A stretch of DNA of 64,000 nucleotides, from NCBI RefSeq assembly GCF_001949145.1, contig NW_019091360.1:1148529-1212528 (forward strand), written 5' to 3'. Shown here piece after piece: positions 27,422 to 38,312 of the stretch. A model generated the notes under the pieces. It was not told the DNA's origin. It saw only the letters and a program-made list of their open reading frames with translations, and ran no database searches. Made by a program: the position numbers and the translations under genes. The stretch comes from Acanthaster planci (Eukaryota). How positions within the stretch are numbered: position 1 is the stretch's first letter; every line of letters begins with the position of its first letter.

Positions 27422-27594
27422 TATGGAAATTTTTGGAATATAAGCTGCAGCTTACACGCTGATTCTCATGCTGAAAAATGTCTCTGCGGCTTATACCCTG
27501 GTGCGGCTTATGCGCCGACTTTAAATCTTAATTTTCTGATTTTTGCATGCTGTGGCTTATACACCGGGCAGCTTGCATTCCAAAAATTATGGTA
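27422..27594. mobile_element. Small DNA-transposon MITE with repeated gcggcttata motif
   Basis: Degenerate inverted ends (aatttttggaatataagctgc / gcagcttgcattccaaaaatt) and three internal tgcggcttat-type repeats. Confidence 0.6.
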
Positions 27595-27711
27595 TCAACC
27601 AAGTCTAACAGAATTTTAGGGGGAAAAATGACTGATTTAATAGTAAAATAGTAAAACGTGTAACTGTTCTTTCTGGATGATTTATTGAAGATGGACACAT
27701 ATATTTCAACA

Positions 27712-27828
27712 GACCTATGACATCACGCTTTGTTTACATGTGTGCTTTCCTATGGCACTGAGGTGGGATATGATCCATTGAGCACCCACAGGAAACAGCA
27801 CATGTAAACAAAGTGTGACATCATCGGT
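27712..27828. repeat. Hairpin/foldback element
   Basis: Arms of about 38 bp: tgacatcacgctttgtttacatgtg...ttcctatgg and ccacaggaa...cacatgtaaacaaagtgtgacatca. Confidence 0.7.
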
Positions 27829-28116
27829 ACACTCTGCCTATGAAAATCACTCTCTTCACAAATGTGTTTGGTGTGTCAGTTAGGCGCAGTATGTCCAATT
27901 CACAGAAGTCAGGGAGCTCACATTCTATTCATCAGTTTACTTAAGTAAAAATGGTACAGAATGTTTACACATTGAAAAACTGACTTAATATGAAGGAATT
28001 TAATCACAGAATTGTGCACAGAGGAAAAAGTGTTCCTTCAAAACCTAAATGATTTGAAAGGGAACTCCTACAGTTTGATAAAAAGCCAAGTGAACACCCT
28101 TACATGTACATCTTAC

Positions 28117-28168
28117 CTTTCATGTTTTCCATCAGCTCTGCCCATGTTTCAGCGTCTTCGTATCCCAT
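28117..28168 (-). CDS. Alternative first coding exon V3 of TRAK (MGYEDAETWAELMENMK)
   Basis: actATGG start with an upstream in-frame stop, 17 codons + 1 nt, AAG|GTAAGA donor, phase 1. Confidence 0.75.
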
Positions 28169-31100
28169 AGTTAAAACCTCCGTCTTCTGCCTCAATCAAA
28201 CAAAGTCAGCTTGACTTGACCAGTCAAAGATTTTCAATCCCAAATCAATCTGAAAACCTCTACGATGACAAACGCTGAAGCCAAGATTTGTTCCTACAGG
28301 TGGTCTGTGTGAAAGCGTAGTGTCGAGAATTTGCAGTTTTGCAACATTTGGGAATACTGGGAAAGTCACCTCCACTTGCAGATGACAAGTTGCCCAATAA
28401 TTTCTCATCTACTCACAAGCTGACAATCACACACAATATGCTGGCATACATGTGCTTCATTGATTACACGACCTCATCTAATTGGGCATCATGAAATATT
28501 CAGACCATCTGCTGCTCCCTGTAATGTTGTCCTGTAATTTACTGAGGGAGATTTGTGTGCATACACTCATAAGTTCTTAATGGGTCCAAATCCCACTTTT
28601 TAACAGCATCAAGTCCCTTGCAATTAAGATAAATCCAGGACCACCATCTTTCTTACTATATACATTGTACATGTCCACCATCGTTAAGCTCATGGATGAT
28701 GCAATCAGCAACCTGCAGCATTACTGTGCTCACGTGAGATCAGCAGCCTCAAGGTAGCAATGATCTTGGAAGTGGAGCAACACCATTCCTCCCTAAACTT
28801 GTGATCGCAGTTACAAGGCCATCTTTCTTTCCAGCAAGGCTCCATATTGACAGGAAGTAGCTTTCTGTGCTGATTCCGTCTTGCCAACTGACCTCAAGAC
28901 CAAAGGAGCATGAAATACCCTACGTAGTTCCCTGTTTTGACGCCTACTCAACCCTCTTCCCTTGCGTCATTGTACTGCACTCTGGCAGTGCTATAGAGAC
29001 GTTTATCCCAAAAATAGGCCCCACTCTCTCTGGGCACAGTGCCAAGCCAGACAAATGAATCACAGTTCCTCAGAAATGCTCAAGGTGCCTTACTTTTTCC
29101 TTTCTTCCAGCAGACTGTAGTTTTCCCGAAGCAGACGGCTTGACGGAGACAGAGAAAATCTCCTCACATCCTGCACACATACTATCAAACCCTTAGGCCA
29201 TCTTGGAATATCAAAGCGCCATGTTCGTAGAGGTAATCGATTTCATGGATAATCTCATTGGCTTTGTGGCTCAAATCTAAATCAAAACTTGAGAGGTGCT
29301 GGTGAATTTTAAAGCAACTGTCTTTTGTAGACTGTCCAGACAAAGTGTCATCAAAGTCTGGGGATAACATCTTGAGATGCAAGTCATTACATCATCGCTC
29401 ACAACAGCCGCGCAAAATTTGCAAATGTCTCACCAACGAATGGTAAGAGATCTGAATCCTCGGTGTGAAACAATTTGCTTAAAACTCGGCTCTCAAACTG
29501 TGAGCGTTCTGGATACTTTGGCTCAGACACGTATGAGTAAATTGACACAAACCACTTTTCCCTGGGAATGTACATAACATACATGTGTATGTAATAGGTC
29601 CATCCTTTAGGGAAAGATTACATGGCTTGACGCAACTTACACATAAACCACAGTCGAGAAATGACTAAGAAGCACTGTATTCCCCACGAGGATGATGAGA
29701 CACTGGTGAGTGAAGGTGGTTCAATGATGGAAAAAAATAAAGTATCTAGCTGACTAGCTCAGACCAATGTGATCCTGACTCACAATTATTCATTGCTAAT
29801 TATCCGCATCCAGACAGGAAAGCCGGCGGTAATGAAAAATCAGAGACCTGGATTTATTGTGAATTACCATAGCTCTGGGGTGGATGACTGAGTGCATTCA
29901 GGCACCAACGAACTCATCCATCCTTGGTAACGTGATCCTCCAGAACCCTACTACAGCTAAGGCCATTTCCTTCAATTTCTTGAAATAAATACTGCAACTT
30001 TAAATTCGACAAGATCTCATGAACTAGATTTCTGGCTTTATAATTGGATCAAAGAGTCATTACGTGAAAATGGGCATGTGTATCCCGCCTAGTCTGCACT
30101 TTCATGGGCTGGAACAAGATCGTTATCGCCGAACAAGCTATTCCTTTTATGTTTTCATCGAAGTGCCTGGAGGCAAATTCGAACATTAAGCAGAAGAGCT
30201 GTAGTTCTTTTAACTCATTACTAACCATGTAATGTCTACATGATTGAAGTCTGTAAAAACACATTTGAACTATCTTTTGCACATCAACATGCACGACTGA
30301 AAAAAACTGTAAATGTGTTGCTTATAAATACAATGTGTAACGTACATGTACACGTATGTAAATTCAGTTTAATTTCAAAGGAGTTTACTGTCTTTCTATG
30401 CATACTTTTGATGAAATTATCTGAGGTTAAAGAACATGGGCACTGAACACTGATAACCTAACTTGCAAACATTAAGCATAATGCCCATTGTCCTGAAACT
30501 CAATTCAGGAATCAATTTAATTGCAAAAGCATGGAGGAATGCAATCACTTAACTTTTATCAATATGTTCCAACACTGATCATACATGATACAGTAGAGTG
30601 TTGCAGGATGGCATATTTTCTGTTTTACATGTAAATGTGAATTTGTAAAGTTTCTGAAAGATACATGTAATTGCCTACAATTAAGTCATTTTAGATTCTG
30701 TGTTTTGAAAATATGGCTGTGACTGTGGTCACATGGCACATATTCACAAACCTGTGAAAAAAATTGTTTTTTAGCACAAAAGGTAAGTAACTGCAAAAAC
30801 ATGTGTTTAGCCAAAGCTTCGTCTAGGGTCCAATCAAAAGATGTCAAAGTACATGTACTGTACCGGTACCATGTGACCACATGGTTGCCCAGAGATTGGC
30901 CACCACAGCAATGGGCGAGAGTTTGGTAAGCAACTGTATACTGGATGTTGTGAATGAGGCATAAATGCTAAATTTTCATATTAACTATCTGTGAATTCAC
31001 GGCAACCACTTGTGCCATGAATTGGGCCAATCCAACACTACACACATAGGACAAGTTGCGTTTTTCTCATTTATCAAAGTTGCATTCCACTGCAGCCTTT

Positions 31101-31801
31101 TCCAACAACAATGGCAGAAATATATACATCAGTTCACAAGGGCCTTTACGAGTGCTTCATTTCAAATCTGCCATCTCCAACCACAGTAAAATGTGAAACA
31201 AAATCCTACACTTCATGTTAATGCATACAGGTAATTGTACATTAGAACAGGAAAACAACATGGCAAATTATCATTAAATCATGCAATGACAGATAGTAAG
31301 TTCCATCATCAATGCCAACGGTTGAAGGACTTATAGTGCCAGTATATTTCCAAACCGGAAGAATGAGTACATGCAAATTTATCAACTGCAGATCAGATTA
31401 ACATATAACAGTGCCACTAGCATTTGTTGTTTTTATAGCCATGGTAGGGTTCCAGCGAAACACTTACTACTGTGGATGGAAAATGACCTACATGGATTTT
31501 AGCATACACTGTACATGTCATTTAATTCTATTAAATTTCCAGTACTGAAATCAAACTTCAATTCTGAAATGTGTAACTGTGTAATTTCAATAAGATTTTA
31601 CACATATTTACATGTACCCTAGGGGTTGAGGGTTAAAGATTCATGTACATGTACAACAGGTTTGTGCATTTGGAGGAAAAATTAGAAGCAACAAATTTGA
31701 ACGTGATAACATGAAACCCTTCAAGAACGTACCATCATTGCTCTTGTCTATGTTTTCAGAGCAGAAGGGTACTTCTTTTTCACAGGTGCCATTTTCCTCA
31801 C

Positions 31802-31952
31802 CGTTGTACCCACTCGCCCCAACCTGCCCAGCACTGGCGACAGTCTCGAAAAAGCTATCCCACGGTGCACTCCCGTCGCCAACGTCCTGTCCCATGATGG
31901 TCTCCTCGGGGTTGGGCAAGAATGTGCAGCTGGACAACTGGCCCTCTGTCAT
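31802..31952 (-). CDS. Alternative first coding exon V2 of TRAK (MTEGQLSSCTFLPNPEETIMGQDVGDGSAPWDSFFETVASAGQVGASGYN)
   Basis: GC-rich island within AT-rich intron; 50 codons + 1 nt; CG|GTGAGG donor, phase 1; second in-frame atcATGG at 31895. Confidence 0.65.
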
Positions 31953-34319
31953 CGGATTCCACTGGTCACCCACAAGTGGGTACCGATGGTCACTGGTCAG
32001 TCACATGGTACGTGGCTACAATAGCCCCATGCACCTACACACGTACACTGCCCATCTGACAACTACATGTATAGGTGCAATCCCCAAATTGTGCAAATAC
32101 ATTTAAGAAAACAGCACAGCATGTGAGATCTCAATCACAGTTCCGGCACTGCCTTACACGGAGTATAGGCATGCCAAATCTGACTATCAAAAATAACCGG
32201 TAAGGAAAGATCCCATCTCTGATTCTGATCGAAGTAAACAGAGTGAATTCTGAGTTGAAAGTCCAAAATCCAGCCACTCGCAAGATCTGTACGTGTAAAT
32301 TATTCATGGAATCCTTTCCGGATATGAAATATACACAGGAGAAAGGTTAATTGCTACGATCTCAACTACCGGTAGATACCACTGCATTTCTTGTCCCAGT
32401 ATATTTGGAACTAATATCCTTTACAGTAAAGTTGCATGCACATGCTACATGAAGTGGTCAATATTTTGCAACATGTGTCGGCCCATGTAGAAAAATATCC
32501 CATTCAAAGTGTATACTGTTCACACTCACACTGCTCAGTTCCCATTCAAATCCTTTATTGATAAGAGACCATTCCATGTGGCTAGCAGATAACAGAGGCT
32601 CTGAATACACAACTCAGGAGTCTGTCCATCCGTGACTGTAGAACAGCCTAACTTAAACCAGTCAATGATGTACATGAAATTGTTGTATTGAATGTTGTTC
32701 ACCAGCATTTGTGAGGCTCCACTGTAGACTGGAGGCAGACTCATCGTAAAATTCCAATTCCTCTCAAATATACAAATACTGCCTTTACAACCATTCCAGC
32801 TAGCAGACAAATATTTTCACGCTTTGTTGGTGGTGGAGTTGCCATGGTAACTGTGGGTGAGCTGAACCCTCACATGGCCAGCCATGGACCCTAAAAATGT
32901 GCACATAAGCAGAGATGTTCAAAGCACTAGTAAAATGCTTGTCAACACACCACAGGCAAATTCAACAGAACCTCACAGTGAAAAAGACAAAATCAATAAG
33001 TGATGACAATGGCTAAAGATTTACTTCAGCTTGAGGTCAAAAAAGTAATGAAACCGTTATAACAATAAGTGTATGTATCTTTATGTAGTGTTCCAAGCTG
33101 GAGTTATAAAAAAAGAACAAATGTGTCTTTCCACAAATGTCTGCAAACATGCTGAAAATTGTTAAGTCAAAGAAATAATTCGATTGTGTTACACTGCAAA
33201 TTGGCAAACACCCCTATGAACATAATAGAATGACCCAGCAGATGTACCGGAGTACACGAGTACACGTGTACACCCTGTATGTACCGCGTATTGTGCCTGA
33301 ACACACTGTACACTGTGGTATGTACATGTACATGTACCTGTAAAGGCCCTTGTGTTCATGGTTAAGGTTGACGTAAAGCCTGCCCCCATTTGGCAGTTGG
33401 AAACTATGTTGACTACAATACCGGTATATCAAAATGCAGGAAGAAGTACATGTATGTAAGCTTTATGCATTCACAAAAATACTGGCATATTGTAGAATCA
33501 AACATTTGAAACACAAACAACTTCTGAATCCATGTAAATAATGTTCCATAGACATGTATGCCTTTTTATCTCCCCACATGTACAGTATATTGCATGTATA
33601 AATACCTGAATTTCATGCTTTATAATGCTAATTATATGAAGCCTTCCAATACCTACATGTACATGTACATGCGGAAATGACAAACTTAAAAGAAGTATCC
33701 ATGTGTACGCAGACTCTGCACTGAATGCATACAATGTATACATGCATTTATGTACAAAACTGTTGTCCAAAGAGTGCAAGAGTCTGTGTAAACACTGCCC
33801 CCACAAGGTTGCTAAGAAAATAACTCAGCTGAAAATGTTAATGAGGTCAGGAGAGTCTGATGCATATTCATCAACTGGTTTTACAGCACTACTAGCACTG
33901 AGTTCATACCGATAATTTAACAAAGTGGATTTTGTCTCTGCTTTTGGAAACTTGGAAGAGTAATGTGGATTTAGGGGTAGCCAAATGATAGGAGTTCTCT
34001 GATTATTAACCGAATTCTGGAAGGGCGGTAGAAACAGCCTAGCGTAATCTGAAATGGACCTCAATTGAAATGATTCCCAAAAGTCTATTTTTTTTTCTGT
34101 TTTCCTGATGTCTCTGATCTTTGCCCAAAATTTGAGAGAAAGTTCAGCTGAAAGAAGCGTTCTAACAACTTAAGGGTAAAGTTAAAGAGAGAAACCAAGT
34201 GGTACTTGACCTTCAAAAAATTGAGGCAAAGGGAAAAATGCAGGAGACAGCTCTGAAGATAAAGGAACAAGCAGTTAGACATAGGAAGTGGGTAAGAACA
34301 CCACTTCTCAAAATACAAA

Positions 34320-34700
34320 ATGCCCTATGAGTTGGATGATAGTTCAATCCTACCAGCCACAAGTCAGTGCAGCCAGATCATCAGCCACTATTGAGGCTAC
34401 TGCGGGGAGAACCATATCCTCCTTATCAGAATGATACTGAAAAAGCCACACCATCATTCATCAGGGTGGGGCCATATTGCCTTTTTGTGCCAAACGACGG
34501 GTGACAAAAGACTTGTCTGCAGATGTGGTCAAACTGGCCATCTAGCCTCATCACGTACTGACATCCCATGCTACAAACTCATCACGTACTGACATCCCAT
34601 GCTACAAACTGCAGTGAACAGGAGTAAAGAAACTCTGACTTTCCCACTGCCAAGGAGGTGCCGTATCTGCCGCCATGCTGGAAAACCACACTACACTTGG
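34320..34700 (+). mobile_element. L1/Tx1-clade LINE ORF1 relic (zinc knuckles)
   Basis: Frameshifted PSFIRVGPYCLFVPNDG*QKTC, CGQTGHLASS, DIPCYK and CRIC...H; internal 31-bp tandem duplication at 34547-34608. Confidence 0.6.
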
Positions 34701-35200
34701 GTGTTCTGGCTCCTTTGCCAACAGAGCCAGCTGGAACCAGTCAGTAAAGATGCTCCAGCATCATCATTTTCCCACCTTAAACTGCAAAACCCACCTGATA
34801 GACCGATGACAGCAGGCCGGTGGCAGAAAAGCCTCTGGGCTACTTGGATGAGGCCGTGGGATATAGTCTCCCACCCACTGCGGTGAAGTCCACTGGCCCA
34901 CCTGCTGTGCCTAATGTAGTCTGGTGTGGTAGTGGTCAAGCCAAAGGTCTATCAACCAACGACTAAAGACCCTAATCTGTCAAAAACTCCAGAACCTAAG
35001 CCTACTGGATCCCCATCAGACAGCGAGAAGACGTTTTTCACCTGAAATGCAGTATTGCAGCCCCCAAGCTCTTCTGGGAGCCACTCATCAGGACTGGGAA
35101 CAAATTATGCGAGACAATTAAAAACTTGACAACATTCTGGAGTAGGACTCTTGTTATTCTACCTGTAGTGTCACGGCAAAATGAAGCCTCTCATTCTCAC

Positions 35201-35231
35201 CATCAGAGAGCTGAACGAACACTTCATCCAT
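35201..35231 (-). CDS. Alternative start exon V1 of TRAK (MDEVFVQLSD)
   Basis: Long polypyrimidine acceptor (exon begins 35235), aacATGG, 10 codons + 1 nt, TG|GTGAGA donor, phase 1. Confidence 0.55.
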
Positions 35232-37321
35232 GTTCCTTGGAGGAAGAAAAGACAAGTTAAAACCCAAAGGCCCTAGAATGAACTCTTTTGCTATTGAATT
35301 TACTTGCGTGAGAATCTCTATTTTAGCGATGTGTATACATATTTCTAGCCTAAATGCTAAGAGAAACTCAAGTACGCCTTACAAAATGTTTTAATTCTTG
35401 CAGAGGCCAAGGTGTTGTATCCTGCTTCGACAGGAAACTCACATTGCTCAGTGGCCTTTTGGCAGCCAAAGTGTGGGAGAGAGAATTTAGTAGCCAAGGT
35501 TTTTGGTCTTTTGGTCCTTCCACTGACCTTTGGGTGACCATCTTGTCTTCAGAAAACCAACTAAAAGATGTTTGATTGAGTAAATGGGAACTACCTGCTG
35601 CAGATCTTAGAATAGTTTTGGTTTGATCTGCTTTTCACTTAGTTCATAAATTCCATTAAAAGGTTTCCTTGAAACACAGAGTAATTTATCTCCTGTTTAC
35701 TGTGGTGTTTTGTTGTAAGGTTTTGTAATGTAAGGTGTTCTTCTGTTTTTCCAAGGATGTTCAAGTAAAGATTTTGTCACGTTTGTTGGGGATATTTGAC
35801 ACACATACTGTAGAAAAGACTTTTAAGTTTTTTGGGGGTAAAAAATTGAACAATAAAAGTTACTTGACTTACCGTGTATTTACAAGACAAAAACATCTTT
35901 GAAAAGCCCATTAACCTGCACATGTACATAGGCCTAGTCATTTTTTAAATTTTAAGATCATGCATGAGGCAAACGAATTAATTTTCATTTCCAAAGATAC
36001 TGTACTGTAAAAATTTCTTCCCAAAACTCTTTGAATTGCAAAGGAGAATGAACCACACTGACATGTAAAGGTTTCCCTCATCCAAAGTCAACCTACTTCC
36101 ATTAAAGTGGAAGGGTCCCAATAAGAACAATTGATGAGCCACTTGCAAAACTCCGCTGAAGGTGCAGGACATTGTCCACTAGGAGACAATCACAGAAGAA
36201 GAAAATGTAGGACTAGGCAAAGCTCTGAGGCATCTCAATATAATATTGACAAGCATAGCCCATTAAAATGAAATATAGAGTACAATATGGTAATGCTATG
36301 TAAGGTGTGTACCTTGCATGACTTGTACAGAATACATACATGTACTCCATACCTAGCATTGTACAGGATCCTGAAGAGAGCACTGGTATATACAAGTACA
36401 TGAAGGGCTACAACCTTGCCAACTGTGAAATCAGACAAAATGATGGATTAGCCAACTACATGCACACTGGTAGAGTTCATGCAGTACAAGTAAAATGATA
36501 AATCTCTGTGAGTAAAATCAGCTCGTACATGTACACGCATATTCAAGAACTGTACATGTACAGTGCATTATAATCACTGTGCCTTTTGTGCATGTGCATG
36601 TACAGGAACATGTACAGTACATGCTTGCTTATTGTGTGCACGCTGTAGGTACTGTATGAATGAATGCAACAGTCCATACAAAGCCTGCCCCCTGGAGGCC
36701 ATTCAAGACCATTCTAAATATGTTAATGAGCTTGGGTCAACTGCTGCTGGGAGGCAAAAGAGGTCATAAAAACAACTAAAATACTCACTTTATCACTTTT
36801 TTCAAATTGTATCACACTATTTCATACAAATTCTCAAGTGATATTACACCAGGACATGAAATTCACAGCATTTTTCTAATCATTTGGTAATTTATGGAAG
36901 AAAAATCCTTATGTCTAACAGCCCACTGTGATTTGAAATGTAACTCAATGGAACTACATACTTGTCAGAACACCTTCAGATCACTCTGGTTTCTCTGCAT
37001 TCGCATAAATCTTTCGCCTTTTACTAAAGATTTCCGTGCAGAGGAACAATTTAATGAGTCTATAGACTAATTTTTTGCTGCCCAACTGAAAGGTTGGGCT
37101 ATAAGAAATAAAAGACAGATATAAAGTAATCATATATAACTTCCTAGTAACAGCTGGAACATTTTGACTAGTTAAGAGGTTGGCAAGACTCAAGAATCTA
37201 ACTGGACTGCCTTCAAAGAATTTACAATTTAAACCTACAAATTAAGGGATGTTCTATTATTGTGTGATGTGTCAAATTCCTCTTTGCTTATGGAACACTG
37301 TCTACTTCACAGAGATATGGG

Positions 37322-37523
37322 CTTGTTCCACTTCAGTTCAATAACAAGGGCAGTCGGGAAGACTTCACAGGTTGGAGGCCATTTTCCCTTTTGAATGTAG
37401 ATTAACAAATATTGTCCAAAGTCCTTGCCAACAGAACAAGGGAAATCCTCCACAAAATTATCCACATTGACCAGACATGCTCCGTTGTAGGGCATTCTAT
37501 CCCGAACAATGCCCACTTACTAT
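37322..37523 (+). mobile_element. L1/Tx1-clade LINE reverse transcriptase fragment
   Basis: WRPFSLLNVD*QILSKVLANRTREILHKIIHIDQTCSVVGHSIPNN, matching the RT motif WRPISLLNxDYKILSKVLANRL. Confidence 0.85.
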
Positions 37524-37530
37524 AACTATA

Positions 37531-38312
37531 CAGTGGAATGCCACTATAATGAACACAACGGGGTCCATGATAAATGTTTGGTACAGCGGTCGTTTGGTAT
37601 AGCGAAATTAACTGCCGAATATTTCATTGCCATGTTGAATAGCACCCTCCCTTGCCTAACTGAAGTCCACCCTCTAGTGATACTGCTCGCTGTTTCTGGG
37701 ATGTTTTGCCGTTGCATTCACGTTAAAGGGTCTAGAAATGTATCTGTTAATTATGTTTGTTTTTTATTAAATCTTGAGTTACAAAATTTAGTTTATCCTA
37801 GAGGTCGTGAAGCTACCACTTTGGATTAATCTCTGATGCATGCTGTGGTGAATCTCGGTTGATTTGCATCTGCATAATGTTTGGTAGGTTTTGTGCACAA
37901 AATATTGGGAGCCAAGGACGATGTTCGGTACAGCCGAATGTTCGGTATAGCGGTGTTCGGTATAGCGGTGTTCGGTATAGCGGTGTTCGGTATAGCGGTG
38001 TTCGGTATAGCGGTGTTCGGTATCGCGGTGTTCGGTATAGCGGTGTTCAGNNNNNNNNNNNNNNNNNNNNNNNNNNNNNNNNNNNNNNNNNNNNNNNNNN
38101 NNNNNNNNNNNNNNNNNNNNNNNNNNNNNNNNNNNNNNNNNNNNNNNNNNNNNNNNNNNNNNNNNNNNNNNNNNNNNNNNNNNNNNNNNNNNNNNNNNNN
38201 NNNNNNNNNNNNNNNNNNNNNNNNNNNNNNNNNNNNNNNNNNNNNNNNNNNNNNNNNTGTTCGGTATAGCGGTGTTCGGTATAGTGGTGTTCGGTATAGT
38301 CATGTTCCACTG
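37531..38312. mobile_element. pogo/Tc1-type non-autonomous element with internal 15-bp minisatellite (spans a gap)
   Basis: TA|CAGTGGAA...TTCCACTG|TA ends; (GTTCGGTATAGCGGT)n at about 37922-38300. Confidence 0.8.
38051..38257. other. Assembly gap
   Basis: Run of N inside the minisatellite. Confidence 1.

Noticed and set aside
29641..29644. ATG-T followed by GTAAGT (a phase-1 'Met-only' exon end)
   Set aside because: Poor start context and no coding evidence; needs transcript data.
35873..35911. MGFSKMFLSCKYT before a strong GTAAGT donor
   Set aside because: Phase 0, out of frame with exon 16459; at best a UTR exon or uORF.
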